Source of the DNA: Cyanophora paradoxa CCMP329
Lineage: Eukaryota > Plantae > Glaucophyta
DNA: 64,000 bases
Assembly (NCBI GenBank): GCA_004431415.1
Contig: QPMI01000671.1
Location: 62,001-126,000 of the forward strand
Reading direction: 5' to 3'
How positions within the stretch are numbered: position 1 is the stretch's first letter; the number at the start of each line of letters is the position of its first letter. Below are positions 12,814 to 24,388 of this stretch, piece after piece. The notes under the pieces were generated by a model, which saw only the letters and a list, made by a program, of their open reading frames with translations, was not told the origin of the DNA and did not search any database. The position numbers were made by a program, and so were the translations under genes.

Positions 12814-14535
12814 ATGCGTGCCGGGCCCCTTGTAGCGCTGCTGGCGCTGGCCCTGCTGTCCACATGCGGGGCATCGCACAGAGCCAGCTCCCGACTCGCC
12901 GGTCTTCGCAGCTCCAGCGCGCACGAGCTCGCGGATCACTTGCTCCACAGCCGTAAGGTCCGCAAGCCTCGACGCGTGCAACCAGTCCTTCCAAGCGCAT
13001 TATCTCTGATGCGCGCATTAGATCCTGCTCCTGGGCGAGGTCATCGACACAGAGGCCGCCCCGGACGCGAGGGACCTGCGCGGTACCGGCCGGTACGCGC
13101 TGGCGGACGCTGACGACGCTCAACATCACATCTACTTCGTGCGCTCTAGCTACTGCACATCTCTTGTCGCCCGGGATCCCTGCTAGTAACGCTGCCTCCT
13201 TGCACCCAGGTACAGCTCGAGGCGCCAGTTACGGCGGCGGCGCAGAGGGCGGTGGAAGCGGCGGGCGGCGTTCGTCTGGGACCTTACATACCGCACAATG
13301 CGTACCTCGTCTCCGCGACGGTGGAGCAGCTGGCCCGGATCAGGCGCGTCGCGCCCTTGGCCCCAGCGCCCTGAGGCTCCCGCTGAGGCTGGCGCAGGGC
13401 GGTGCCGCACGTGGTGTGGGCAGGCCGACTGAAGAGGGAGCACAAGGCGCATCCGATGCTGGCGGGACCGGCGGCGCGGGCCTACTCGACGTGGACAGCG
13501 CACGTGGCGGCAGAGTGGGCGGCGGGGCAGGGGGTCCCGACGGCGCACCGGCTTGCAGGCGCGCCTCGCGGGGAGCGGGCGGCGCGCTGACGCGGCTGAC
13601 GGGCGGGGCAGGGGTGTGGCGGCGGCAGCTCTCGGCGTCGCTGCGGGGCAACTTCTCGATCGAGGCGCTGGACGAGGGGCGCGTGCGGGTGACCCTCCGC
13701 AACCCCCACGACGGGCCCCTCGCCCTCGAGTTCCTCACTTCAAAGGTGCTTGCCTTCCTTTTCGTTCCTCTCCGCGGGACCCGCTCCCTTTTCCCGCTGC
13801 CCCGTCGGCCCCTCGCCCGGGCGATGCCGACCTCTGGGGCAGCCGTCGGTGCACTGGGTGGAGCCGCGGCGGCCGCTGGCCTTCAAGAACGTCTTCGCGA
13901 GCCGCCTCTTCCAGGGCGACTTCGCCTCCTCCGCCGCCGAGATGGCCGACCCCGTCGCCCGCCCCGACGCCCTCCCCACCCCCGTCTACGACAAGGGTGC
14001 CCTGCCCCGCCTGCCGCCGCCCCGGCGCCCCGATCGGCGCTCCCCGCTGAAGAAGGAAGCAGGCATCACGGGCTCTGGGGAGATCATAGGCCTCATCGAC
14101 GACGGCATCGACTTCGGTGCACCTCTTCACGCCTGACGCCCTGCAGCGGGCGCCTGACGCGGCGGCAGACCACTGCTACTTCGCGGAGAGCAAGGGCGTG
14201 ACGGCGGTGGCGGCGCCGGCGGTCTCTTCGGTTGCCGCCGACCTCACGAAGCGGAAGGTGGTCGCGGCGCGCTACGACCCCGTCTGGGGGGACCCGACCG
14301 TGCGCCCCCCGTGGGCGCCGATGTAGGCTCCGTGCGCGCCAACTCACGCGGCGCAGGCGTCGACGGCGCACGGCTCGCACACGGCGGGGACGCTGGTGGG
14401 GCGCCCCTGCGAGGGGTGCGTGCCGGAGGACCCGGGGGCCCCGACGACGGCCGCCGGCGCCGCCGCCCACCGGGGCATCGCCTACGACGCCAAGGTGCCC
14501 CAGGGACGCCTCCCTGTGCCCCCCGAAGCCAACGC

Positions 14536-14575
<40 letters not shown>

Positions 14576-17500
14576 CCTCCCCAGGTGACGCTCTACAACG
14601 TGGTGAACAAGTCGAGCAGCGCGGTGCCGCCACCCCGCCCCGCCGCCCCTCTCAAGCGGCGGGGGCCTGAAGGGGCGGCGCGCGGGCGCAGCTGCTGAGC
14701 GCGGACTGGTACAGCGTCTTCGCCCTCCACTACGCCGACGGGTGCGCGCGCCCCGGCGCTGCCCCCGCCCCGCCCCGCCGATACGCCGGGCCGAGTTGCG
14801 GGGTGCAGGGCGCGGATCCACTCGAACTCGTGGGGGTGCGCCCCGCTCCTGACCGACGTCTCCTCCTGCAACCTCTACGACGCGGTGCCGCCGCCCCTCC
14901 CGCCCGCCGCTCTCGTCCTCACCCCGCCTGGCCCGCCGGCCGGGCCCCGGGGCAGGACTCGGTGATGGCGGACCGGTACATGTGGAACCACACCGACGCC
15001 CTCCTCGTCTGGGCCGCCGGCAACGACGGCATCGACCGTGCCCGCCCCGCACCCGCCCCGCCCCCTCCCCGGCAGGAGCCGACGGGGGCGGGGGCAGAGG
15101 TGACGCGGGAGAGCGGGGACGTGGTGGGCGCCGTGTCGGCCCCCTCGACGCACAAGAACGGGCTCGCCGTGGGCGCCTCCTTCAGCTCCACCGCCGGCTT
15201 CCTCTGGGTCACGCAGCCCGTCGCCGGCGGGCCCAGCCTCGCCGCCGCCAACGGCAAGTGCGCCTCGGGCGGCGAGGTCTCGGGCGCCGAGGAGTGGTGC
15301 GACCGCTCCCAGGTGCGCCCCCTGCCCCCGCCCCGCGCCTCCTCTGCGCGAGGGCGGCAGCCCGAGGGGGCGGGGGCAGATGTCGGCGGGGAGCGGGGCG
15401 TTCAACTCGCGCAACCTCGCCTCCTTCTCCTCGTCGGGCCCGGCGTGGGACGGGCGGGTGAAGCCCGAGCTCGTCGCCCCGGGCTTCCTCACCATCTCCG
15501 CCGCCGCCGACTCCAAGCCCGCCTCCTTCAACTGCGGCCTCCGCACCGAGGAGGGCACCTCGATGTCCACCCCGGCCGCCGCCGGCGCCGCCGCCCTCGT
15601 GCGGCAGTACTTCCGGGAGGGCTGGTGGCCCTCGGGGGCCCGCTCCGGGGCGGACGCCATCCCCCGGCCCCTCGCCTCGCTCGTCAAGGCCGCCCTCGTC
15701 AACGGCGCCCGCCCCCTCACCGGCACCGTCACCACCGTTAAGGCCTACCCCGGCGCCGCCTGCACCTCCGACAAGTCCTGTCCGCCCCCCGCACCCTTCC
15801 CCTTCTCTCGTTTTGGGGCGACCCACGCACCGCGCAGGCCGGCGGCTCGCAGTGGGCCCCCCCTCGGCTCCCGTACCCAACAAGTTCCAGGGGTATGGCC
15901 TGGTCCGCCTCGACACCGTCCTCTAGTGCGCCGTACCCCCGCTGGCCGCCATCCCCCCGCCCCCTCTGAACCCACACCCCCCTCAGCTTCCAGAACTCGC
16001 CCTTCAAGATGGGCTTCTGCGACGGAGCCTTCGGCCCGTCGGGCGCGGTCGCCGCACCGGCCGTCTCCTTCTCCCTCAGCGTCGTCGGCACCCTTCGCGC
16101 CACGCTGGTCCGCCCGCCTTGGAGTGTAGGTAGGATCGAAAGAGGGGGCCTGGAGCGGGGCGGGGCGCAGGCGTGGACGGACCCGCCGAACGACCCGCGG
16201 GCGGGGAAGGCCCTCGTGAACGACCTCGACCTCGCCCTCGTCGTCCCCGGCGGCACCGTCTACCCCAACGCCCTCACCGTGCGTGCTTGCAGCCGGCGGC
16301 CCTGCTCCTCGCCCCGCCCCGCCCCGCCGGCGGCCGAGCGAGGGCGGCGCAGGGACCCGACCGCATCAACAACCTCGAGCACGTGCGCCGGGGCGCCCCC
16401 GCGGGGCCGCCGCCCCCTCCCCCCGACGACGCCCCCAGGTCGAGTGGACGACGCCCTCGAACACGACCAACGTCACCGTCATCATCCGCGTCTCCCCCTA
16501 CAGCGTCCTCCCCAGTGCGCCGGCCCGCCGCCCCCGATCGTGCCGCCCCTCACTCGGCGGCCCGGCAGAGTGGGGGGCCCAGCAGTGGTCCCTCGTGCTG
16601 CACGGCAACTGGCAGGGCCCCGCCGCTCTCTCCTGCCCCCGCTCCCTCTCCGTCCCCGCTTCCGCCCGCGCCGCCGGTGCGCGCGTGCACGCGCCCCCAT
16701 TCGATGCGGCTCGAGTGGCGCGCAGGGCCCAGCAACCCGTACGGCTCTGAGGAGGTCCCGGTCCCCCAGGCCGGCGGTGCGCGGCCCGGGCCCAGGCGCC
16801 CCGGCCGAAGCGCTGACGCCGCGTGCCGGCCAGGCCCGGCGCTGCTGGCGGACGTGACGCTGGACCTGGAGTACGAGGCGTGGCTCGCCAACGGGGCGCA
16901 CCGGGAGCAGTTCGCGCGGGGCCTCGCCGCCCAGCTCGGCGTCGGCCTGGCGCGCGTCGTCGTGCACGGGGCGGCCCGCGGCAGCACCGTCGTCACCGTC
17001 TCCATCGCGGAGGCGGCGGCGTCCGGGGCGCAGGAGGCGAGCCTCGCGGAGGCCTACCGGACCCTGGCGCGCCTCAACACGAACCTCGACCTCGGCCCGG
17101 GCCTCGTCGTCCTCGCCCTCTCCCGCTTCCGCCCCGCCGGCACCGCCGCCCCCACGCCCACCCCCGGCGGCACGACGACGACGGGCGGGGGCGGGGGCGG
17201 GGGCAGCAACACGGGGGCGATCATCGGGGGCGTGGTGGGGGCCGTGCTGGGCGTCGCCCTCCTCGCCGCCGTCGTCTTCATCGCCCTCCGGCTCACCAAG
17301 CGCAAGCCCAAGGCCCCCAAGGCCCCCCCGGGGGCCCGCCCGGGGGAGAGCCCGCCGGCGTCGGGGCGCAGCTACGCGCTGCCCCACGCGCAGACGCACC
17401 GGCCGGAGCACCCGGACGCGCCGTACGTGCAGAAGGACGACTGGGACCTGCCGCACGCCTCCTCGGGCCACTCCTCGCTCCCCTACGCCGGCTCGGGGCC

Positions 17501-18371
17501 CGGCGCCCTGCCCCTCTCCAGCGCCTCCAGCGCCGTCCACGTCGCCCTCTCCGGCGACCCGTACGCCTCCCCCGCCCCCTCCGCCGGCTCGGGGCACCTG
17601 CGCGTGCCTGGGGCGCCCCTCTCGCCGGCCCCCTCGGGCGGCGGCCTCGCGCGCGCGGCGAGCGGCCTCGCGCGCTCGGGCTCGGGGATCCTGTACCCGC
17701 AGCGCCCGCAGCCGGCGCCCGGGCGGTCGCGGGACTTCCTCGACTGGTCCCTGGGGCACGGGGAGGGGGCCGAGGAGCCGCGCCTCGCCGCCGCCCCCTC
17801 CGCCAAGCACCGCCTCGACGCCCTCTTCGGCGCCGGCGGCCCCGCCCCGCCCTCACTGTCTCCCGGCCCGACTCCGGCGGCCCCGACCCCGCGTACCCTT
17901 CCCCGCCCCCGCCGGCCCTCGCCGCCGCCCTCTCCGCCCCCCGCCGGGGTACGGCGGCGGGGGCGACCCGCGGGACGGGCTCGCGGGGCCTTCTCGGCGC
18001 CTTCCGGGCCGGAGCGGCGGGGAGCCTCGCGGGGGCCGCCTCCACCCCCGCCCCCTCCGCCCCGGCCCCGGCGGGCTGGGCGGCCTCGGCGGCGGCTACG
18101 ACGGGGGCGGGGGCGTGCTCGCCCCGGCCCGAGCGGCGCCGCCCAGGAGGTCGGGCGCCGCGGCACCCTCGCCGCCGCCCCCTCGGGCCCCGGCGGCGCG
18201 CGGCGGCCGACCCTGGCGCCCGCCCTCTCTGCCGGTCCCGCCTTCGCGGCCGGCAGCGGGGACGAGTACAGCGGCGGGGACGGCGACGGGTACGGCGACT
18301 TGCAGCGCGCTGCATCCGCGAATGTACGTCCGCCCGGTCCGGGGCGGCGAGGCACTCCATTCCCCCGGTAA
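12814..18371 (+). CDS. Subtilisin-like S8 peptidase, Kp43/TagC-like, type I membrane protein (paralog 2)
   Basis: Signal MRAGPLVALLALALLSTCGA. Motifs IGLIDDGID, HGSHTAGT, HSNSWG, WAAGNDG, FSSSGPAWDGRVKPELVAPG, GTSMSTP, LAWTDPP..LVNDLDL. SEA-like ARGSTVVTV, then TM AIIGGVVGAVLGVALLAAVVFIAL followed by RLTKRKPK. The tail end is approximate. Confidence 0.9.
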
Positions 18372-18634
18372 TAGCACACACTGATCTAGATCTGGCGAGC
18401 AAAGCCACAAGCGCATGCTTCCCTTGATCGTCGTTTAGCGCCTTTATCTAGCGTACGTATTCGGATTCAGTGATTCTTTATGTTTAGAGGGACAGAAGGT
18501 AGTCACACGATTCAGGTAGTTCATTATCCAGCGTTAGGCCGAGGTATGCATGTTCGAATTCGAATTCGATATCAGTCGCGCCTTGATCGGGGGCGGGCGC
18601 CGCAGCGGGCGCGGCGCCGGATGTAGAGTCGGCG

Positions 18635-20041
18635 CTAGGCGGAGGCGGGGCGGCACTCGGGGGCGGCCGGCGCCGCCGCCACGCGCCGCTGGACCTCCCC
18701 GAGGGCCCCCGCGCCGCCGCCAGCGCCCGCGCCTCGTCGGGCCCCAGCGCCGGGCCCCCGCTGCGCCCCGCCTCCCCGCCGGCGGCTTGCCGAGCTTGCC
18801 CAGGGCCGGCGCGGCCCCGAGGCAGCGCAGCCGCCGCGCCGCCGCCTCTGCGCGGGGGCGAGGGCGGGGTGAATCGAGGCAGCGGGGCGGGCGGGGCGCG
18901 GGGCGGGCGGGGCGCGGGGCGGGGCGCGGGGGCGGGCCGTCGCGGCAGAGGAGCTCGAGGACGTGGGCGACGGGCACCAGCGGCGAGGCCCCCGCCGCCT
19001 CCGACGCCGGCGCCGGCGCCCCCTCCAGCACCCCCGCCAGCGCCTTCAGAGCCTCCCCCGTGCGCGCCTCCTCCGCGCTCTTCTCGTCCATGCACGCGTT
19101 CAGCAGCGCCCACGCGGCCGCCGTCTGCGCCTTCAGGGCCGGGAGCTCAAGAGCCGCCGTGAGCGCGCGAATCCCCTGAGCCTCTCGAACGGCGCCCCTG
19201 CAGGCCGCTGGGGAGCGCGTACAGGGTCACGAGACGGGCGCGGGGGAGGGGCGGGCCGGGGGGCGCACCGGAGCGCGAGCAGAGGTTCCTCACGGCGATG
19301 CAGGCGACCTCGGCCGCCTCGAGCGACGCCGGCCTGTGCACAGACGCGCACGCGCGCTCCAGCATCTCGATGACGACGGGAACGAGGCCCTCCGCGAGCA
19401 TGTGCTCCGGCGCCGCGTCTGCACGAAAACATGCGTGTCGTGACCATGCGTGTTGGCCATGGATCACGGCACGAAGTCGATGCGCACCGACCAGGCACAG
19501 ATTAGAGATGAGGCCCTCCAGCTGCGCGATCTGCACGGCGCCGTGCCCCGTCGCCAAACTTGAGCACCTGTACTTCAAGCCGAGAATCTGCAGCCCGCCG
19601 GCCTCGATGATCGCGTGCGCGTACGCGTCTGCGACCGCGGCTAACAAATTAGCCGCCATTACAGCGACTTTGCAAAACAACCGCGCGCGTACCATCACGT
19701 GAGAGCACACGGAGGCATGCAATTGCAGTCGTGGTGGACGATTCGTGGGGGCCTGCCACCAGCGCCAACAGGCTCTGTGCTGGGAATCGACACGAAATTC
19801 ACGGGAACGGCGCGCGCGGCAGCGCGTGCACGTGAACGCGAGCGGCGCGCGTGAGATCGTCGTTGAGCATTGCAGCATCGTCGTTCTCCTTCTCCGGGAG
19901 CGGTGCGGCTGCGTCACTGTCGCTTTCGTCCTCGGCGGCATCATCCGGCTCCTGTCCCGAGATCTCTAGGTCGAGCTTGACGCGCACGTCGAGCGCAGAC
20001 TCCAGATCTTCCGCGGTGAGTCGCGCGAGCGCTGAAAGCAT
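18635..20041 (-). CDS. Armadillo/HEAT-like repeat protein, uncharacterised
   Basis: Exons AHAIIEAGGLQIL, HMLAEGLVPVVIEML..ACIAVRNLC and TAAAWALLNAC resemble ARM repeats. The last-exon frame is ambiguous at a G run near 18700; the alternative stop is 18484. Confidence 0.55.
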
Positions 20042-20256
20042 TGAACTGCTGAACTGTCTGAACAGCGGTCGCGGGTACAACAAATCAGAGGGTTCGCAGT
20101 GAGCGAAGCGGCGACAGGCAGCATTGGGCGTTCATGGTGGCAGCGCGACTGCAGAGTTCTTTCTGACCACCGCGACCCTCTTGACTGCAAAGTTGTTGGT
20201 TCGAGCTCCGGTTGACGACGCGCTCCGGCCGCGAAAAGCGGCTACGCGCCCCAGCA

Positions 20257-23200
20257 ATGAGCGGCAAAGATGCGGAGGTGCGTTCTGGATGTCCGCATGG
20301 AGCGCGCGCCAACAATGCGACGCGCCGTTGAAGCAATGTCGCGCCGGGCGCTGCAGGTGAAGGTGACGAACCTGGATGAGAAGCATGCAAAGCCGACCGA
20401 TGGCAGCGCGCCGCCGCCGAAGAACCTCGGCTCTCTGCTTCGGCTCTTCAAGTCCCAGTTCTTCGATGTGCGCGTGTTTTGCTTCGCCTCCCTCTATCCC
20501 TGACTCTTCCCGCTAGGCCTTTATCGCTATAACGTATCTTCACAAGTACGACCATCAAGGAGTGCAGGACTATCTCTGCAACGAGCTTTACAAGTATCCA
20601 GACGAGGTTATCGAGCAGTACCTTCCGCAGCTATGGTGCGCGAATGGCTCTCACATTCCTTCGCATTCCTTCCTCTGCGCGTTCCTTCGACTAGCTCTGC
20701 GCTCTCAGCGCCGTCTTCGCGCGACTGACGCCGCTTCCAGCCACTTGCTTCTTCACCGGGAATCCCCGGCGCTGGAGCGCTTCATTCTGGACCGCTGCGC
20801 GAAGAGCATGCATCTCGCATTCCAAACATTCTGGTTCTTCCACGCTTGTGCGGACGACTTTCAGAAGGGTGTCACAGGCGAGAACCGCTCGACGCTCCTG
20901 CGGGGGCGCTGCGAGACGGGCGCGGTCAACGGCTACTGGTCCACGCAGCCGAGCGCCAACCCCAAGAAAGAGGAGGGCGACGGAAACACCTTCGGGAAGA
21001 ACAAGTTCAAGTCTGTGCCGGCCGAGCTGAATTCAATCCTGCTGGAGGACACGCGCGATCGAGACGACGCGGACGAGAAGGACCCGACGAACCAGCCTGC
21101 TCAGACCGGCGCAGACGGCCAGGCCAGCGCCAGCGGGGAAGCCGCGCCGGCTCCCGAGTACACTGGCGAGGAGCTGCTCGCGGATAACCGGACCATCGGC
21201 GTGCCAAACACGCCGAACCCCTCGGGCCGCTCGGCGTCGACCAGCCCGCCGCCCCTTCCCACCGTGACCGCCTCCTCTTCCTCCTCCCACACCCGCGTGA
21301 CCTTCGCCAACGGCGACGGGCCCGCCGACGCGCCCCTCCCCGCCCTCACCGTCTCCAACACCGACACCGGCACCAGCGAGGCCGCCGCCATCCCTACCTC
21401 GCCCACTGTCCGCCCCGCCCCTGCGCCTCGCGTGTCTCGCCGCGCGCCGAGCCGTGACCGGCCCTGCAGAAGGAGGAAGACGAGGATTACCAGGTTAAGT
21501 GGCTCATGAGCAAGCAGAAGCGCTTCGAGTACTTCACGGCGGAGGTGCGGATTCCCGCCTCGCCCCCTCTCTCAGCACGGCGCTCCGCCCCCCTATGCCT
21601 CACCGTCTCTTTTCTGCGCAGATCAACTTTTTCCGCCAGCTCGCGAACATTGGCTTCAGGCTCACCAAAGTCTTCCCCGTAGAGAACAGGAGTGAGTGGT
21701 TGTTCTGGGCGGCCCGCGGCCCGCTCGTGGATGCTCAGCCTCCCCCCCCTTCTCCGCGCGCAGATCCCACCCTCCGTGCAGAGCTGGATCATCTAAACTC
21801 TCAGGTGCGTCCCTCTGCGATGCGGTGACCGCCGCTGCCGGCGGGGGGGGGCCGGGCCTGACGGGCTGTGCGCAGCTGCCGAGCGGGGTGTACCTGCCGG
21901 TGTGCAAGGCGACGGACAAGTACGCGCGCATCTGCCGCATCCCCGTCGAGGAGGCCGTCTGCCTCAACTCGCGCGAGAAGGCGCGGCCGCCGCCCGCGCC
22001 GGCGCGCCTGCGCGCCGGCCGGCCGCCTTACCCGCCGCGCCAGGTCCCGTACCTCGTCTACCTCGAGGTGCTCGACACGGAGCTCACGCCGGCCTCCACG
22101 AACATCTACGAGACCGTGCGGCCCCCCCCGCGTGCCGCTCGGGCCCAGCGGCGCCGGCGCCGACGCGCGGCGCGCAGGCGATGACGCTGAGCGCGGCGGA
22201 GGAGGAGGCAAGGGACCGCGCGAGGCGGGCGCGCTCGCTGTACCTGGCGCCCCCGCCGCCCCCGCCCAAGGAGAAGCCCCGCTCCAAGTCGCCCTTCCGG
22301 AGGAGAGAGGGCCCGAAGGAGGAGGAGGGGGAGGCGCCGGGGCGGAGCAGGACGCCGCAGCGGGGGGCGGCCGCCTCGCCGCCGCCGCTTGCGCCGGGCG
22401 GGATGTCGCCGACCTCGCCGGGGCCGTCGGAGGAGAAGAAGGCGCCCGGGGAGCGTCCCGAGGATCTGATGATCCTGAAGGCGATCGAGCGGGCGAACAA
22501 GGCGACGCCGAAGCAGCTGCAGGAGCAGCAGCGCGAGAAGACCATGGCCGGCTTCCGCTTCGAGCACCAGGACAAGGTCCGCCCCGCGCCCCGCCCCCGC
22601 CCCAGCGCGCCGGGCCGAGGCGCGCGGCAGGTCTTCTCGGAGACGTGGGGGGACAAGATGGGGCGCATCCGGAAGCAGAGCCCGTACGGGCACCTCCCCG
22701 GCTGGCGCATCACCTCCGTCATCGTCAAGAGCGGGGACGACTGCCGCCAGGAGCAGCTCGCCTCGCAGCTCATCGAGGTCCGCCCCTCCGCGCCCCGCCA
22801 CCCGTCCACGCGCGCGCCACCGAGCTTGGGTCCGGGCGGCAGGTCTTCTACAACATCTTCCGGGAGGCGAAGCTGCCGCTCTGGCTGCGGCCCTACTCCG
22901 TCCTCGTCATCTCCTCCCACGCCGCCCTCGTCGAGACCGTCCCCAACGCCCCCTCCGTCGCCACCCTCAAGAAGCAGGCCCGCCCGCGCCCAGAGCGACG
23001 CCTGCCCCCTGCCCGCCTTGACCGCGGGGCGGGCAGACGCCGAACTTCACGACGCTGAAGGACTACTTCAAGGACAAGTTCGGCGGGGGCGACGTCAACT
23101 CGGACGGCTTCCGCCTGGCGCAGCGCAACTTCGTGGAGAGCATGGCCGGCTACTCGCTCCTCACGTACCTCCTCCAGATCAAGGACCGGCACAACGGGAA

Positions 23201-23759
23201 CATCCTCCTCGACGCCGAGGGCCACATCGTGCACATCGACTACGGCTTCATGCTCTCGAACTCGCCCGGGGGCGTGAACTTCGAGACGGCGCCGTTCAAG
23301 CTGACGGCGGAGTTCGTGGAGGTGATGGGCGGGGAGGGGACTGACGCCTTCAACTACTTCAAGTTCCTCTGCGTGCGCGGCTTCCTCGAGCTCCGCAAGC
23401 ACCACGAGAAGCTCGTCCTCCTCGTCGAGATGATGCGCAGGGGTGCGCCCCGCTCCCCCGCCGCCCCCGCCCCGCCCCCCCGCCCCCCCACTGAGCCCCT
23501 CGGCGCGCCGGCAGGCTCGAAGCTGCCGTGCTTCCTCGGGGGCAAGGCGGCCGTCGATGCCTTCCGGGACCGGTTCAACATCACCCTCACGGAGCAGGCG
23601 GTGTGGCCCGCCCGCCCGCCACCCGGCCGGCCGCGCCGGCGGGCCTGACCCCCGGGGCAGGGTGTGGAGTTCATGATGCGGCTCATCGACGAGTCGGCGA
23701 ACAACTGGCGCACCCGTCAGTACGACAACTTCCAGCGCATCACCAACGGCATCCTCTAG
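20257..23759 (+). CDS. PI4KB: Phosphatidylinositol 4-kinase type III beta (PIK1-like)
   Basis: N-terminal LLRLFKSQFFD..ITYLHKYDHQGVQDYLCNELY..YLPQL; LNSREKVPY; IVKSGDDCRQEQLA; SMAGYSLLTYLLQIKDRHNGNILLD..HIDYGF..FETAPFKLT; ends NWRTRQYDNFQRITNGIL*. Confidence 0.95.
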
Positions 23760-24388
23760 CGCCCCCGGCCCCCCGTACCCGAACCCCACCCCAGCTATCC
23801 CGTCTTTCACCCGCCCGCCTTCCCCAGCCCCACAACCGCCTCAGATCTCTACCGCCTCCCTTCCTCCACAGCGCCCCCCCGCCTCCCTCGGCCCCCCGAC
23901 CACAGCAGACTCCGCAGACTCCGCAGGCTCCGTATTTTCCCCGGAACACCACCGCAGCTAGTCGCTCGAGTGATCGTTATTCCACAATCGATATCATTGC
24001 GTCGTGCGTCTCCAAGGGCTCTGCGCCGCATGCGCACGCGCTAGAGCCACGCGCCACTGGGCCAAGCACGCATACGAGGCTGAGCAAGGTGCAGCTTGCG
24101 CCGCTTGCGCAGCTTGCGCAGCTGCAGCTGCAGCTGCAGCCTGCAATTAATATTGCAATTTGATCAACGTCAACGTCGACGTCGATCGATCGATCGATTC
24201 GGCGAATTTTCAGCGCACCGTACCCCGCCAGCCTCTGAGCCGCCGACGTTACAGCCGCAGCTCCCCGCGGTCCCTAGCTCGCCGGTCAGCTCGATTCTCC
24301 GACAACAACAGAAAGCTCGACCAGCTGCTGGACCCCGCTCCGCAGTGCTCGGGGGGCGGCGGTGGGGGGCCAGGTGGAGGCCCGCGCG

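Noticed and set aside
15924-15926. Apparent in-frame TAG after RLDTVL in paralogs 2 and 3 (also 27877), suggesting readthrough or recoding
   Set aside because: It is TA|gt...ag|C, a Tyr codon split by an intron.
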